Shown: positions 39,176 to 50,305 of the stretch, one piece after another
Layout: each line of letters begins with the position of its first letter
How positions within the stretch are numbered: the stretch's first letter is position 1
Assembly: GCA_965248445.1 (NCBI GenBank)
Contig: CBDFJG010000004.1
Coordinates: 1 to 64,000, forward strand
Source of the DNA: Planctomycetota bacterium
Lineage (GTDB): Bacteria > Planctomycetota > JAJSAM01 > JAJVHW01
Direction of reading: 5' to 3'
Length of the DNA stretch: 64,000 nucleotides
Notes under the pieces: model-generated
Database searches by the model: none
What the model was told of the DNA's origin: nothing
Seen by the model: only the letters and a program-made list of their open reading frames with translations
Position numbers and translations under genes: made by a program

Positions 39176-39523
39176 TCACCGGCCAGGTGGCGGACGGGGC
39201 TCCGCAGCGACCATCACGCGTCCGGCGCTCACCTGCACGTCGTGCGACTGCACGGGCGGGATGCCGCTGACCAGCAGCGATTCCCCGCTGCGCACGTCGA
39301 ACTTCCACGCGTGCCACGAGCAGCTCAACTCGTGTTCCACCAGCGAGCCGTCGCTGAGGGGGGCCTCGGCGTGCGGGCACTGGTCGATGAGGGCGTAGAA
39401 ACGGCCGCCGGACCGGAACAGCGCGAGGTTCAGGTCGCCGGCGCTGACGCGGACGGCCTCGCCCTCGTCGAAGTCCTCCACCGCCCCGACGTCGACGTAG
39501 CCTCGCAGCAGTCGTTCCTCCAT
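39176..39523 (-). CDS. Rieske [2Fe-2S] ferredoxin
   Basis: CPH...CSWH...FDVRSG. Confidence 0.9.
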   Translation of the reverse strand: MEERLLRGYVDVGAVEDFDEGEAVRVSAGDLNLALFRSGGRFYALIDQCPHAEAPLSDGSLVEHELSCSWHAWKFDVRSGESLLVSGIPPVQSHDVQVSAGRVMVAAEPRPPPGR

Positions 39524-39708
39524 GGCGCGAGAGTGTCGCGTCGCGTGCATCGTCGGCCGATGAATCAACCGCCGGGAGACAGGCTCGCGGACGCCGGGCA
39601 CACGCTCACCGCGGGTGGCGCTGGGCTCGCCGGGTCGTCTCACGTTGACGTGCCCGACGCCAGGCCGGAGGATGAGGGCTGCTGCGCCGCAGATTCGCGA
39701 GGAGCGAC

Positions 39709-42700
39709 GTGACGGATAGGGGAGACGACGACCGCGACCGCGAGGAGGACGACGACTCCCTGCCGTCGCGTGATTCGGGGCCGTCGCGTGATTCCGGCGA
39801 GACGCTCGCCGACCCCGGCGCGGCCGAGGACGACCTCGAGACGGCGATGTACGAGCGCGGCGAACGGCCGCTGTCGCCTCCCGCCCCGCGCGCTGACGAC
39901 GACCCCGCTGAAGACGACCGCGACACCGTGGCGGGGGGCTTCGCCGGCACGGTGATGCCGGTCCGCCCCACCAGCGAGACAGTCGGGCCGAGCGGTGAGG
40001 AGCAGACCGTCTACGACGCGGGTCTGACGGAGCGCCTCAAGGACAAGTCCGCGACCCGCGAGGACCCTGCGGCGGGGACAATGCGCGAAGGCGGTGCGCG
40101 CACGTCGCCGGGCGCGCGGGCGGACCAGTCGGCGACGGCGCGCGACCTGGCGGCGGCGGACGGCTCGACCGCCGGGGGCGCACGCGGCGGCGGCGGCAGC
40201 ATTCGCCTGTTCGAGGGCGAACAACTCGCGGGCCGCTACGAACTCGTTTCGCGTCTCGGCAAGGGAGGCATGGGCGAGGTGTGGAAGGCCCGCCACATGC
40301 TCCTGCACGGCAACCGCGCCATCAAGGTCATCAAGGCGTCCATCTCACGGGATCCGTCGTTCCGCGCGCGGTTCCTCACCGAGGGACAGACGATGATGAA
40401 GGTCAAGCACCCCGGTGTCGTCGAGGTGACCGACCTCGACGAGACGCGCGTGGGGCGCGAGCTCTTCATGGTCATGGAGCATCTCGAGGGCCGCACGCTG
40501 TACGACGCGGTGCGCGACGGCGACAGTCCGATCTCTCTCGACGTGCGCGAGACCGTGCGCATCCACAAGGAGATCGCGGACGGGATGCAGCGCATCCACG
40601 ACGAGCGGATCGTCCACAAGGACCTGAAGTCCGACAACGTGCTACTCGTCCAGGGAGACGACGGTCGCGAGCACCCAAAAGTGATCGACTTCGGCCTCGC
40701 CAAGCGGATGGACGAGAATGATGACACCGACGTCGAGAAGGGTGCCGCAGCCATCTCGGGGACGTACGAGCCCGACCTGCGTACGACGCTCTCCGGAACG
40801 CTGGCGTACATGGCGCCCGAGCAGTTCCGCCAGCAGCCGAGTTCGTTCCAGAGCGACATCTACGCGTTCGGCGTGATGCTCTACGAGTCGTTCATGAACG
40901 GGAAGTACCCGATGCCCCGCGGCGGCCTCGCGCACTACCTGAAGCTGCACACCGACGGAGAGCTGCCCGCGCGCCTCGCCGCCGACAAGCCGGATCTCGA
41001 CCGGACGATCGCGGACATCGCGGACCGCTGCATGGCGCCCGAGAAGCCCGACCGTCCCGCGTCCTTCACCGAGGTCTCACACGAGCTCCAGTGGTGGCGG
41101 GATGCGCCCGAGCGTGCGCGCAAGCGGCGCAAGTTGGTGCTCATCAGCGGCGCGTTCGTCTTGATGGCCGGCGTGGCCGTGGCGGGCTTCCTGCTCACCG
41201 AGACCGCACCGTCCGTCGGTGTGCTGGACGTGGCGGCGGCCGGGCAGTCGATCGCCCCGGCCCCCGACCGCCGCTACCACCTGCGCGACCAGGCGCTGCG
41301 GGAGATGAGTTTCTCCGGCAGGGTGACCGGCGAGGCGGCCATCCCTGCGTTCCTGGTGGACGGCGAGGAGGTCGGCTCCACGATCACCACGGACGGTGAG
41401 GTCGTCACCGCGACCGCAGATCTGTCCGCGCTCGAGGACGGGCCGCACTCTGCCGAGTTGCGCGCGGCCGAGGGCGCCGAGGGCACGTCGGTCACGATCG
41501 TCGTCGACCGTGCGCCGCCTCCCATCAAGAGCGTGCGGGTCAGCGGCGCAACGTCGGGCTTCACCAACGCCGTGGCTCCCATCGTGTTGGTCGACGTCGA
41601 TGACGACTCGGTTGCGCGCGTCACGGCTACGCCGGACGGTGCCGAGCCCGCAGCCGGCGAACAGGTGAGCGAGGACGACCGTCGCGCGTGGCGCGTGCGC
41701 GGCACGGCCGAGGACGACGGCGATGTCGTGCTGAGCATCCGGGTCATCGACTTCGCCGGCAACGTGTCCCGGCAGGACTTCTCCTACTTTCGTGACACGG
41801 CTGCGGCGCGAATCGATGTGGCCGGTCTCGTCGAAGGTGTGCTGCAGGCACGCGACGGCGCAACGGCGATGCTCGAACTCTCGACGAGCGAGGCCGGAAC
41901 CTGCACCGTCGCGTTCGGCGCGGGTGCGCCCAAGACCATCGACGCAGCCGCCGCGGGTGTGCTCAAGTTCACGGTGCCCGTGATCCCCGAAGATGGTCTT
42001 CAGGCGCAGATCACGTTCGAGGATGTGGCCGGGAACGAGACGAAGCGGACCGTTCTGGTCAAGCAGGAGGACGACGTCGCGCTCATCCGTACCACCGACG
42101 GCAAGACGCGTCTCGTGACGCGTGGAGACGACGCGGTCACCCTGCAGTACGAACGCACATACCCACTCGACACCGACACGATGGGTGTCTACGCGCAGCG
42201 CGTGAACTCTGACGGGACCAACGACGGAGCGCCCTCGCACGTGCGATTTGTCTCTGGTCCCGGGACGGAGCGATCCGTGCCCGTCGAGGTCTCGCAGATC
42301 GCGCTGCAGGCGCTCGGTGCGGGCGTCTATCGGCTGACCGCGACCGGTCAGGGTCAGGCGGTCCCGCAGTCGATGGAGCTGACAATCGACCCGGCGAACC
42401 CGGTGATCGGCGAGATCGCGGTTCGCGATTCTGAGGCGAGAACTGTCGGCAGCGGCGAGTGGTCCCGCACGCGACTCGTGACGGTAGCTGTCGACGTGAC
42501 CGACCTGCGCCTGGCCGAAGTGAAGATCGCGGGCGACGGTGAGTCGCAACGGAGATTCTCCGAGATCGACCCGGCGGCCACGTCGTTCTTGTTCGACCTG
42601 ACACTGGCTGAGCAGGGTCGGAGCGCATTCACGGTGAGTGTGCGCGACACGGCGGGCAACACGGCCGAGCGTAATCTCACCATCAACGCCGACTGGGAGA

Positions 42701-43719
42701 GCCCCACGATCACGCTGACCGGTCCGGAGTCCGGCGGAATCTTCAACGACACCGCACCGGTCACGTTCCAGGGCACGTGCAGCGAGGAGAGTTACACACT
42801 TCTCGTCGAGAGTGCCGGCCTCGACGGCGGCACGAAGGAGAGCTCGCACGACGCGCTCGGCTTCTCCGTCGGGTACGTGTTCGAGGTCGGATCGCCGACG
42901 ATCACCCTGACGGCCGTGGATCGCGCCGGCCGCCGCTCCGCCCCGCGCACGATGAGCATCCGCGTCGAGAAGCTCCGCACCGAGATGCCGCCCGAGATCA
43001 CGTGGACAAAGGGCGTCACCGCCAAGATGGAGAAGGTGCTTCCCGGCGACGTCGTCATCTTCCCCCGGAAGGTACGTTCCGTCGGGCGCGTGTACGTGGA
43101 CCGCACCGAGGTCACGAACGCGCAGTACCGGCAGTTCCTGGCCGCCACGGGCGGGCGGCGCGGCGAGTGGAGCCACCCCGAGCAGCCGGAGGCGTGGGAT
43201 CACACCCCGCCGGCCGAGACGTGGGGCGACGCACGCTGGAACCAGGACGCATTCCCCGTCGTGAACGTCGCCTTCTGGGACGCGTGGGCGTTCGCGAAGT
43301 GGAGCGGCCGCCGTCTTCCGACCGAGGCCGAGTGGGTCAAGGCGGCGGTCAAGATGGAGGGTGAGGCGGAACTCCTCCGCTGGCCCACCGGCAATGAGGT
43401 CGAGGACAGCGCTCTGCTCGTGGCGCGCAAGACCTCCGACGACGTCGAGCCCGCGAATCCGGTCGCGGCGGGCGAGGGTCAGGACGTCAGCCCGATCGGC
43501 TGCCTGCACATGGGCGGCAACGTCTGCGAGTGGGTGGTGGTGATGCCGGACGACGAGGAGGCCCCTGCGGTCTCGGCCGTGCGTGGCGGCAGTTGGTTCT
43601 TCACCCGCGTCGCGGCCAACGTTCGCGACACGCCCGCCAAGGAGTACCCGCGGTCGCAACGCGCGCCGACGATCGGCTTCCGTTGCGCGGTCGACGAGGA
43701 GATGGTGGAACTGCCGTGA
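39709..43719 (+). CDS. Membrane Ser/Thr kinase with Ig-like repeats and C-terminal FGE-sulfatase domain
   Basis: GKGGMG, AIK, HKDLKSDN, DFG, YMAPE; TM helix; D.AGN repeats; TEVTNAQY, RLPTEAEW, GNVCEW, RGGSW, GFRC. Confidence 0.92.
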   Translation: MTDRGDDDRDREEDDDSLPSRDSGPSRDSGETLADPGAAEDDLETAMYERGERPLSPPAPRADDDPAEDDRDTVAGGFAGTVMPVRPTSETVGPSGEEQTVYDAGLTERLKDKSATREDPAAGTMREGGARTSPGARADQSATARDLAAADGSTAGGARGGGGSIRLFEGEQLAGRYELVSRLGKGGMGEVWKARHMLLHGNRAIKVIKASISRDPSFRARFLTEGQTMMKVKHPGVVEVTDLDETRVGRELFMVMEHLEGRTLYDAVRDGDSPISLDVRETVRIHKEIADGMQRIHDERIVHKDLKSDNVLLVQGDDGREHPKVIDFGLAKRMDENDDTDVEKGAAAISGTYEPDLRTTLSGTLAYMAPEQFRQQPSSFQSDIYAFGVMLYESFMNGKYPMPRGGLAHYLKLHTDGELPARLAADKPDLDRTIADIADRCMAPEKPDRPASFTEVSHELQWWRDAPERARKRRKLVLISGAFVLMAGVAVAGFLLTETAPSVGVLDVAAAGQSIAPAPDRRYHLRDQALREMSFSGRVTGEAAIPAFLVDGEEVGSTITTDGEVVTATADLSALEDGPHSAELRAAEGAEGTSVTIVVDRAPPPIKSVRVSGATSGFTNAVAPIVLVDVDDDSVARVTATPDGAEPAAGEQVSEDDRRAWRVRGTAEDDGDVVLSIRVIDFAGNVSRQDFSYFRDTAAARIDVAGLVEGVLQARDGATAMLELSTSEAGTCTVAFGAGAPKTIDAAAAGVLKFTVPVIPEDGLQAQITFEDVAGNETKRTVLVKQEDDVALIRTTDGKTRLVTRGDDAVTLQYERTYPLDTDTMGVYAQRVNSDGTNDGAPSHVRFVSGPGTERSVPVEVSQIALQALGAGVYRLTATGQGQAVPQSMELTIDPANPVIGEIAVRDSEARTVGSGEWSRTRLVTVAVDVTDLRLAEVKIAGDGESQRRFSEIDPAATSFLFDLTLAEQGRSAFTVSVRDTAGNTAERNLTINADWESPTITLTGPESGGIFNDTAPVTFQGTCSEESYTLLVESAGLDGGTKESSHDALGFSVGYVFEVGSPTITLTAVDRAGRRSAPRTMSIRVEKLRTEMPPEITWTKGVTAKMEKVLPGDVVIFPRKVRSVGRVYVDRTEVTNAQYRQFLAATGGRRGEWSHPEQPEAWDHTPPAETWGDARWNQDAFPVVNVAFWDAWAFAKWSGRRLPTEAEWVKAAVKMEGEAELLRWPTGNEVEDSALLVARKTSDDVEPANPVAAGEGQDVSPIGCLHMGGNVCEWVVVMPDDEEAPAVSAVRGGSWFFTRVAANVRDTPAKEYPRSQRAPTIGFRCAVDEEMVELP

Positions 43720-44771
43720 GCCGAATTGCCGCTCTGCTGCCGGTCCTCGCCGCACTCGTCGTCTCCACGGCGTGCGGCTCCACTCCGGACCCGATCGCGC
43801 CGCTCTCGCAGCCGTACCGGATCGTCCTCCTGCCGATTGAGGGCGTCGAGACCGCGCTCGCCGCACCGGTCCGCGAGGGCGAGGCGCAGGAGGGCGACGA
43901 GGTGCCGTTCGCACTCGAGCCGGACGTGTTCCGCAACCGCATCACAAACGCGATCGTGAACTCCGGCGTCTTCAGCAACGTGATCGTCGTCGGACGCGAG
44001 GAGCTGACGACCGACGAGTTCACCGACACCGTTATGGCGGCTGCCCCCCGCGCCAAGGCCGAGGCGGCGGACCTCATCATGCGTGTGCGCGTGAACTCCG
44101 CGCGCCTCCGCGACCTGGGCGCGAACTCGTCCAAGTTCTGGTCCACGTTCACCTGGTTCATGGTCCCTCTGCCGATCTGGTTCGTGGACGACCGCACGTA
44201 TGCGACGTCGCTCACCGTGCAGGCCGAGATGTACGACCCGGCTGACCCGATCAAGCCGACGGCCTCGGTGGTCGCAAGCTCCGGCGAGGAGGAGATGGAC
44301 CTCTGGGACCGCGGCGCGTTGCAGCCGACCGTCGTGGTCATCCCGCCGCCGTGGGTGGAGGGGAACCTCGAGAAGGTCAGCGAGACGCTCACCGAGCGCG
44401 CGGTCAATCACATGATGACCGAGCTCGTCGACGAACTGCGCACCCGTGAGATCCCGAGTCGCTTCGAACTGGACCTCGAGTGGGAGGGCAACGACCTCGT
44501 CGTCGTGGTGCGCACACGGCGTCCGTTGCGCGCGCTTACTGTTCTGGCCGGTGCTCAGGTTCTGCGCACCTGGGCAGAGGACGAGACGTCTGACCTGCTG
44601 GACACCTCTGGACCGAAGACGCGTCTCATCGCCTATCGCGCTCGTGTCGAGGACGGCGCCGGGCGCGCCGACTATCTCCGCGTGCTGGTGGAGGACGAGG
44701 GGGGCGGGCGCGAGGTGCGCACGATCCCGTCGCCGTCCACGTCCGCGAAGACCACGGAGGCTGAAGAGTGA
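43716..44771 (+). CDS. Lipoprotein of unknown function
   Basis: Lipobox VSTAC; GTGA overlap. Confidence 0.8.
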   Translation: MSRIAALLPVLAALVVSTACGSTPDPIAPLSQPYRIVLLPIEGVETALAAPVREGEAQEGDEVPFALEPDVFRNRITNAIVNSGVFSNVIVVGREELTTDEFTDTVMAAAPRAKAEAADLIMRVRVNSARLRDLGANSSKFWSTFTWFMVPLPIWFVDDRTYATSLTVQAEMYDPADPIKPTASVVASSGEEEMDLWDRGALQPTVVVIPPPWVEGNLEKVSETLTERAVNHMMTELVDELRTREIPSRFELDLEWEGNDLVVVVRTRRPLRALTVLAGAQVLRTWAEDETSDLLDTSGPKTRLIAYRARVEDGAGRADYLRVLVEDEGGGREVRTIPSPSTSAKTTEAEE

Positions 44772-46027
44772 GGCGCCGCACGACGATCGTCGCCGCGTGC
44801 ATCGCGTTCGCCTTGCTGGCTGCCGCCGGGGGCATTCCGGCGGATGCGAAGTCCGGCCGACGCGGCGGACTGATCCTCAAGTTCCCGTCCGAGATCGACG
44901 AGACCGGCTTCCGCCTGGCGCTGCAGAGTTCCAACCAGCCGACGACGATCATCGTCGGCAAGGGGCGCCACCTGCTCTCGTCGTCGGTGTTCGTGTTCGG
45001 TCGCAGCGCAGTCACAATCTGTGGTGCGACCGGCCGCGCGAGAGACTGCATACTCGAGAGCGAGGGCGCGGGCCCGGTGTTCCGGATCGAACAGTCCGAG
45101 GATATCCAGTTCCGCGATCTGACGATCCGGACCGAGGTGCCCGGCGGACAGGCCGTGCGGATGAATGCGGTGCTGGACAACAACTTCTCGAGCTTCGCGC
45201 GCAGCGTCTACGTGCGGGGATGCACGCTCGACGCCGATGCACCCGTCTTCGGGACGGCGGGAGCGGAGCAGCTCACCATCGACCGGTGCAAGATCAACGT
45301 GCGCCTCGAGGACTCCTTCGGCGTGCTCTGGAGCGACGGCGCCGGGTTGCAGATCTCGCGCACCCGGTTCTCGACCGAGGGCAGCACGGAGGCGTTCGCC
45401 GCCGTGTTCGTGGCGGGGGCGGGGGCGTTCTTCGCATCGGGCGAGCGTGTGCCCGACGTGATCCTCACGCGCAACAAGGTGCGAGGGCGATTCCTGCGCG
45501 GCTTCGACCTGGCCGACGTCGTCGGGGCTCGCGTGCACCGCAACAGCATGAAGCTGTCCGGCGAGTCGATCCGGCCGGTGGTCGGCAGCCGGGAAGAGAC
45601 GGGCCGCGTCGGCATCCTCGTCAGGAACGCCGACGCGACGACACTCGTCGAGGACACAGAGGTTTCGCGCAACCGCATTCGCAACGCACACTACGGCGTG
45701 TGGCTCCTCGCAGTGGGCGGCGGTGCCGTCGTGCGGAACGATCTGCGCGGGTGCGGCTCCTCTCGTAAGGACGCGTTCTTCAACGAGTACGGCGGCGCAC
45801 TCCGTCTGACGATCAACAGCGGATTGTGCAAGCTCGACATCCTGCGCAACGACTTCCGCACGCTCGGCTCGCCGACGAGCGACGGCGGCGCCGATGTTCC
45901 GGCGATCGGCGTCGTGCCCGACACTCTCGCCGCGTCGTGCTTCGACGACACCGCCGAGGCCGACAACGCGACGACGAACAAGCTGTCCGGAGGGCGGGCC
46001 CTCTATCTGGGAGCCGCGAAGCGATGA
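44768..46027 (+). CDS. Secreted right-handed beta-helix repeat protein
   Basis: Signal peptide; recurring xxxxRN/xxxRC strands. Confidence 0.75.
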   Translation: MRRRTTIVAACIAFALLAAAGGIPADAKSGRRGGLILKFPSEIDETGFRLALQSSNQPTTIIVGKGRHLLSSSVFVFGRSAVTICGATGRARDCILESEGAGPVFRIEQSEDIQFRDLTIRTEVPGGQAVRMNAVLDNNFSSFARSVYVRGCTLDADAPVFGTAGAEQLTIDRCKINVRLEDSFGVLWSDGAGLQISRTRFSTEGSTEAFAAVFVAGAGAFFASGERVPDVILTRNKVRGRFLRGFDLADVVGARVHRNSMKLSGESIRPVVGSREETGRVGILVRNADATTLVEDTEVSRNRIRNAHYGVWLLAVGGGAVVRNDLRGCGSSRKDAFFNEYGGALRLTINSGLCKLDILRNDFRTLGSPTSDGGADVPAIGVVPDTLAASCFDDTAEADNATTNKLSGGRALYLGAAKR

Positions 46028-47849
46028 TACTCAGCCACTCTGTAGTACGCCGCGCTGCGCGCGTCGCTCTCTCGCTCTGCATCCTCGCGCTCGTACCGTC
46101 GTGCGGCGTCGGCGGCATCCTGGCCGGTTCGGCCGGCGGGGGCGGCGGTGGCGGTGGCGACACGCGGCCGCCGCGGCCCCCGCGCGTGACGCTCGTCCAG
46201 CCGACGACGGACCCGGCGAGCAACGCGATCTCGCTGTCCTACGACCTGAACGATCCGCAGGAGAAGGACGCCGGCCGCCGGGCACGCCGGACCCGCGCGT
46301 GCGGATCTTCGCCGAGTGGCGCTTTGCCGGCAGCGAGATCTGGCGCGACATGACCGAGTCCCGCATCACGGACTCGGACGGCACGCGCAACCTGACGCTC
46401 GCGTCGCACGTGTTCGTGTGGAACACGGTGATCGACCTCGGCGGGCTGATCGCACGCGTCCGTGTGCGTATCCGCGCGGAAGACGAACCGGCTGCTGGCA
46501 TCAACCGGCGCTTCCGCACCAAGGAGATCGAGTTCATCATCGACAACCGCCTGGCGTCGACGATCTTCGGTGACGATGTCGTCCCGCGCTCGGACGTCGA
46601 CACGTTCCCCGTCGACCTCGCCGTGACCGGCACTAGCCTGGTGGTCGCGTCGACCGGCGCCGGCATTGTGGAGATCATTGACGAACTCGGACGCGTGCGC
46701 CGCGTCGTGGGTGCGGGGTTGCCCGGCGATTCGGGTGACGGCGGAGATCCCGGTGTGGCGCGACTGGATTCCGTCGCCATCGGCTTCGGCGGCCTGGTGT
46801 TCGTGAACGTCGAAGACCGGATTCGCGTGACGAACCCGTTCCTCGTCCCCGCTTCGGTCGGCGCGCATGGCGTGCCTCCGCGGACGATCAACACGCTCGC
46901 CGCGTTCGGTGCGCTCTCCCGAGCCCGCGCCGTGCGCGTGCACACCAGTGGGGCGATCCTGGCGATCGACGATCGGTCGCGCCTGCTTGCGCTCAATCCT
47001 GCCGACCCGGGTGGCGTGGCACCTCCTGACATCACGCTCGCCGGAGTGCTCATCCCGCCCGGAGCGGTTGGACAGATCTGCGGAGGGGGAGCCGCTGACA
47101 CGGACGGACTCGCGGCGACGGCGACACTCATGACCGACGCTACGACGATCGCAGTCGGTCCTGACGGCGAGATCTATTACGGCGAACAGTCCCTCGGTCG
47201 CGTCCGCGTGATCAACCCGAACGTGCTTCCGCTCTCGCTCCCCGGCGGCGACGTGGATCCCGGGACGGTGCAGACGGTGGCGGGCGGCAACGACCTCGGC
47301 CTCTCCGGTGATGCCGGACCGGCGGTGCTGGCGCAGCTTAACAGGCAGGATGGACTGACCGTCACGCCGGCCCGCCAGCTCGTGATCGCCGACACGTTCA
47401 ACGTGCGCATCCGGCTCGTGAACCTCGGCGTCGCGGACATCACGTTTGTGGGTACGACTGTGAGCCCCGGCGACATCGACACGATCGTCGGTGGCGGTGA
47501 CGGCGGAGTCGGCAGCGCGGCCCGCGACGTTCGGCTGGATGCACCCAACGCCGTCGAACTGGGCGTCACCGACGCGCTTCTCATCGCCGACGGCAACACC
47601 GTCATCATGGTGAACGCCGGAGCCGCGACGATCACCGCGTACGGCCGGACCGTGCTGGGCGGCCGCACCCGCGAGATCTACGACGCGCGGGCGCGCAACG
47701 GCCAGCCCTTGCGCAGTCCGATCGCGATGCATGTGGAGCCCACGTCCGGCGCGCTCTTCTTCAGCGATGCGAGCACCGTGCGCGTGCTCAACCTCGGCGA
47801 CGCCTCCGACGTGTTCGGCGGAGCCGACGTCCAGTCCGGCGATGTCTAG
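46024..47849 (+). CDS. NHL/teneurin-like beta-propeller lipoprotein; frameshift near 46275
   Basis: Lipobox VPSC in one frame; GDSGDGG, GLSGDAGPA, IADTFN.RIR repeats in another. Confidence 0.75.
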
Positions 47850-47882
47850 CCTGCCCGTACCCATGCGGAAGCGGCTCGACAC

Positions 47883-48656
47883 GTGATCGAACTCGACGGA
47901 TTCTCGAAGTCGTACGACGGGCGCGAGGCGGTCCGCGGTCTGTCGTTCAACGTGAATGCGGGGGAGATCGTCGGTCTCGTCGGCCCGAACGGCGCGGGCA
48001 AGACCACGACCCTGCGCGCGATCGCAGGGATCCTCAGGCCGAGTAGCGGTGTTGTGCGCGTCGCCGGGTTCGATGTCACGCAGGACCCGGTCGCCGCCAA
48101 GCGCCGCCTCGCGCTGGTTCCCGACGACCCGAGTCTGTTTCCGAGCCTCACCGTCTGGGAGCACCTCGAGTTCGCGTCGCTCGCGTACGACGTGCCGGAT
48201 TGGAAGCCGCGCGCGGACGCGTTGCTCGAGCGATTCGAGCTCTCGGACCGGCGGGACAGCCTGGCCGACGAGCTGTCCCGCGGCATGCGGCAGAAGACGG
48301 CGGTCGCCGCGGCACTGCTCCACTCGCCGAAGGGCATTCTGTTCGACGAGCCGCTGACCGGCCTCGATCCGCGGGCGATCCGCACGCTGTACTCGGCCAT
48401 TCGCGATGCCGCTGCCGAAGGAGCGGCTGTGCTGCTCTCTTCGCATCTCCTCTCGCAGATCGAGTCGTTGTGTACCGCGTTCGTGATCTTGCGGGAGGGG
48501 CAACTCGTTCTGTCGGGAACTCGTGACGAGATCCGTGCGCGCCTTCCGTCACTGCGTGCCGATGCGTCGCTCGAGGAGATCTTCTTCATCGCGACCGAGG
48601 GCGCACCTGACGTGGCGCCGGCGACGGACGACGGGAGCGAGGACCCGCCCGCGTGA
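47883..48656 (+). CDS. ABC transporter ATP-binding protein
   Basis: GPNGAGKTT, LSRGM, FDEP, SSH. Confidence 0.95.
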   Translation: MIELDGFSKSYDGREAVRGLSFNVNAGEIVGLVGPNGAGKTTTLRAIAGILRPSSGVVRVAGFDVTQDPVAAKRRLALVPDDPSLFPSLTVWEHLEFASLAYDVPDWKPRADALLERFELSDRRDSLADELSRGMRQKTAVAAALLHSPKGILFDEPLTGLDPRAIRTLYSAIRDAAAEGAAVLLSSHLLSQIESLCTAFVILREGQLVLSGTRDEIRARLPSLRADASLEEIFFIATEGAPDVAPATDDGSEDPPA

Positions 48657-50305
48657 ACGCCGGACTGCGCTACCTGCTTCGCAAACGGCCGGCGATGGCG
48701 TGGCGCTCGAGCCGGCGCCGGTTCCGCGGCGTTCGCGGAGCAATCGCACTTGTGGCGATCCTCCTGTTCGTCGTCCTCCTGCTCGGACCGCAGCTGTTTC
48801 TCGTGCTCGCCGGGTCCGACGACGGTCGTGCCGGCGGCGAGGGCGTACGCCGCTTCGGGCCGTCGATCGTCCTCGCCTTCACGGTGCTCTCCATCGTGCT
48901 GTCCGGAGAAGCCCGCGGCGCTCTGTACTTCCGACCTGAGGAGATCGACAACCTGTTCCCCGCCCCCGTTCATCGCCGTGACCTGCTGATCTACCACTCC
49001 GCGTCGCGGATGCAGGTCCAGCTCCTCTCAGCCGTCTGGATGTCGATCTTCATTGCGCGCTACGCTCCCACGTTTCTCGGCTGTCTGCTGGGCTGCTTCC
49101 TGGCGCTCGCGATGCTGCAGATGGTCGTGCAGACGGTCCTGCTGATGACGGCGTACGTCGGCAAGCGTTTCGCGCGGGTGGCGCGCTGGGCGCTCGCCCT
49201 CGCCGTCGTCGGTGTCGTCCTCGCGGCGGCCTATCCTCTGCGTGACCAGTTCCGGGCAGACGGCGAGCCGGTGGCGGCGCTCGCGGCCATCGTCGAGTCT
49301 CCGCTCGTGAGAGCGCTCTCGCTGCCGTTCGTGCCGTTCGTCGAGACGTTTGCCGCGGCGTCGATCCCGATGGCCCTCGGCTGGGCCGGCGTGTCGGGCC
49401 TGTCGCTGTTCCTCGTGCTCTTCGTGATGACGCGACTGGACGCCGCCTACGAGGAGGTCGCGCTCGAGGCGAGCCGCAAGATGCAGAAGAAGCTCGGGCG
49501 CATGCGCTCCGGCGCGGGTGTGTGGGGCGCCTCCGGACCGCAGCACACGCGATTCTCCGTTCCGCGCTTTCCACGGCTCGAGGGCGCAGGCGCGATCGCC
49601 TGGCGACAGGCGATCGCCATGCTCCGCAATCGGCGCGGTATACTCGGCGTCGCGTTGTTCGTGACGCTGTGGCCCGCGCTCTTCGCCGTGATTGCGCTCA
49701 GCATGGATGACCCGGCGAAGAGCCGCGTCATCGTGCTCAGCATGATCCCAGTGGTCGTGGCGATCGGTGCGCTCTCCACACAGAACCTGCCATTCGACTT
49801 CCGGCGGGACGCGGCGCGACTCGAGACGCTGCGGTCGCTGCCACTACGCCCGTCGGCTGTCGCGGCGGGCGAGATCGCTCCGGCCGCCGTGTTCGTCGCG
49901 ATCTTGACGGGCGTCGTGGCAGGCGCGCTCGCGGTCATCGGCGGCGTGTTCGAGGTGTGGATGCTGCCGCTGCTGTGCATCTCCATCCTGCCGTTCACGT
50001 GGGCCGTCGTTGCGCTCGACAATGCCCTGTTTTTCGTCATGCCGCAGCGCTTCGAGCCCGATGAGGCTGCGAACCTCGGGTTCATGGGAACCACCATGTT
50101 CCTCGCGTTCGGGAAGGTGGTGGGGTTGCTCATTGTGCTCGGAGTCGCCGTCGTCGGTGGTGCCGCCGTGAATTTCGCAACCGGGTCGGCCCGTCTCGGG
50201 GTGCTGACGGGCGTCGGACTCATCGCCGGGATCGACGTTTTTCTGACGTGGCTCGTGGCGTGGCTGTTCGACCGCCACGATCCCGCCCGCGATCGTCCGG
50301 ACTAG
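48653..50305 (+). CDS. Putative ABC exporter permease
   Basis: Many TM helices; FRPEEIDNLFPAP; coupled to ATPase. Confidence 0.85.
   Translation: MNAGLRYLLRKRPAMAWRSSRRRFRGVRGAIALVAILLFVVLLLGPQLFLVLAGSDDGRAGGEGVRRFGPSIVLAFTVLSIVLSGEARGALYFRPEEIDNLFPAPVHRRDLLIYHSASRMQVQLLSAVWMSIFIARYAPTFLGCLLGCFLALAMLQMVVQTVLLMTAYVGKRFARVARWALALAVVGVVLAAAYPLRDQFRADGEPVAALAAIVESPLVRALSLPFVPFVETFAAASIPMALGWAGVSGLSLFLVLFVMTRLDAAYEEVALEASRKMQKKLGRMRSGAGVWGASGPQHTRFSVPRFPRLEGAGAIAWRQAIAMLRNRRGILGVALFVTLWPALFAVIALSMDDPAKSRVIVLSMIPVVVAIGALSTQNLPFDFRRDAARLETLRSLPLRPSAVAAGEIAPAAVFVAILTGVVAGALAVIGGVFEVWMLPLLCISILPFTWAVVALDNALFFVMPQRFEPDEAANLGFMGTTMFLAFGKVVGLLIVLGVAVVGGAAVNFATGSARLGVLTGVGLIAGIDVFLTWLVAWLFDRHDPARDRPD

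Noticed and set aside
39762..39797. 18-bp tandem repeat in the kinase 5' end
   Set aside because: In-frame PSRDSG duplication in a disordered region; unremarkable
42990..43719. DGR target (FGE/C-type lectin fold)
   Set aside because: No reverse transcriptase or template-repeat copy seen in the window
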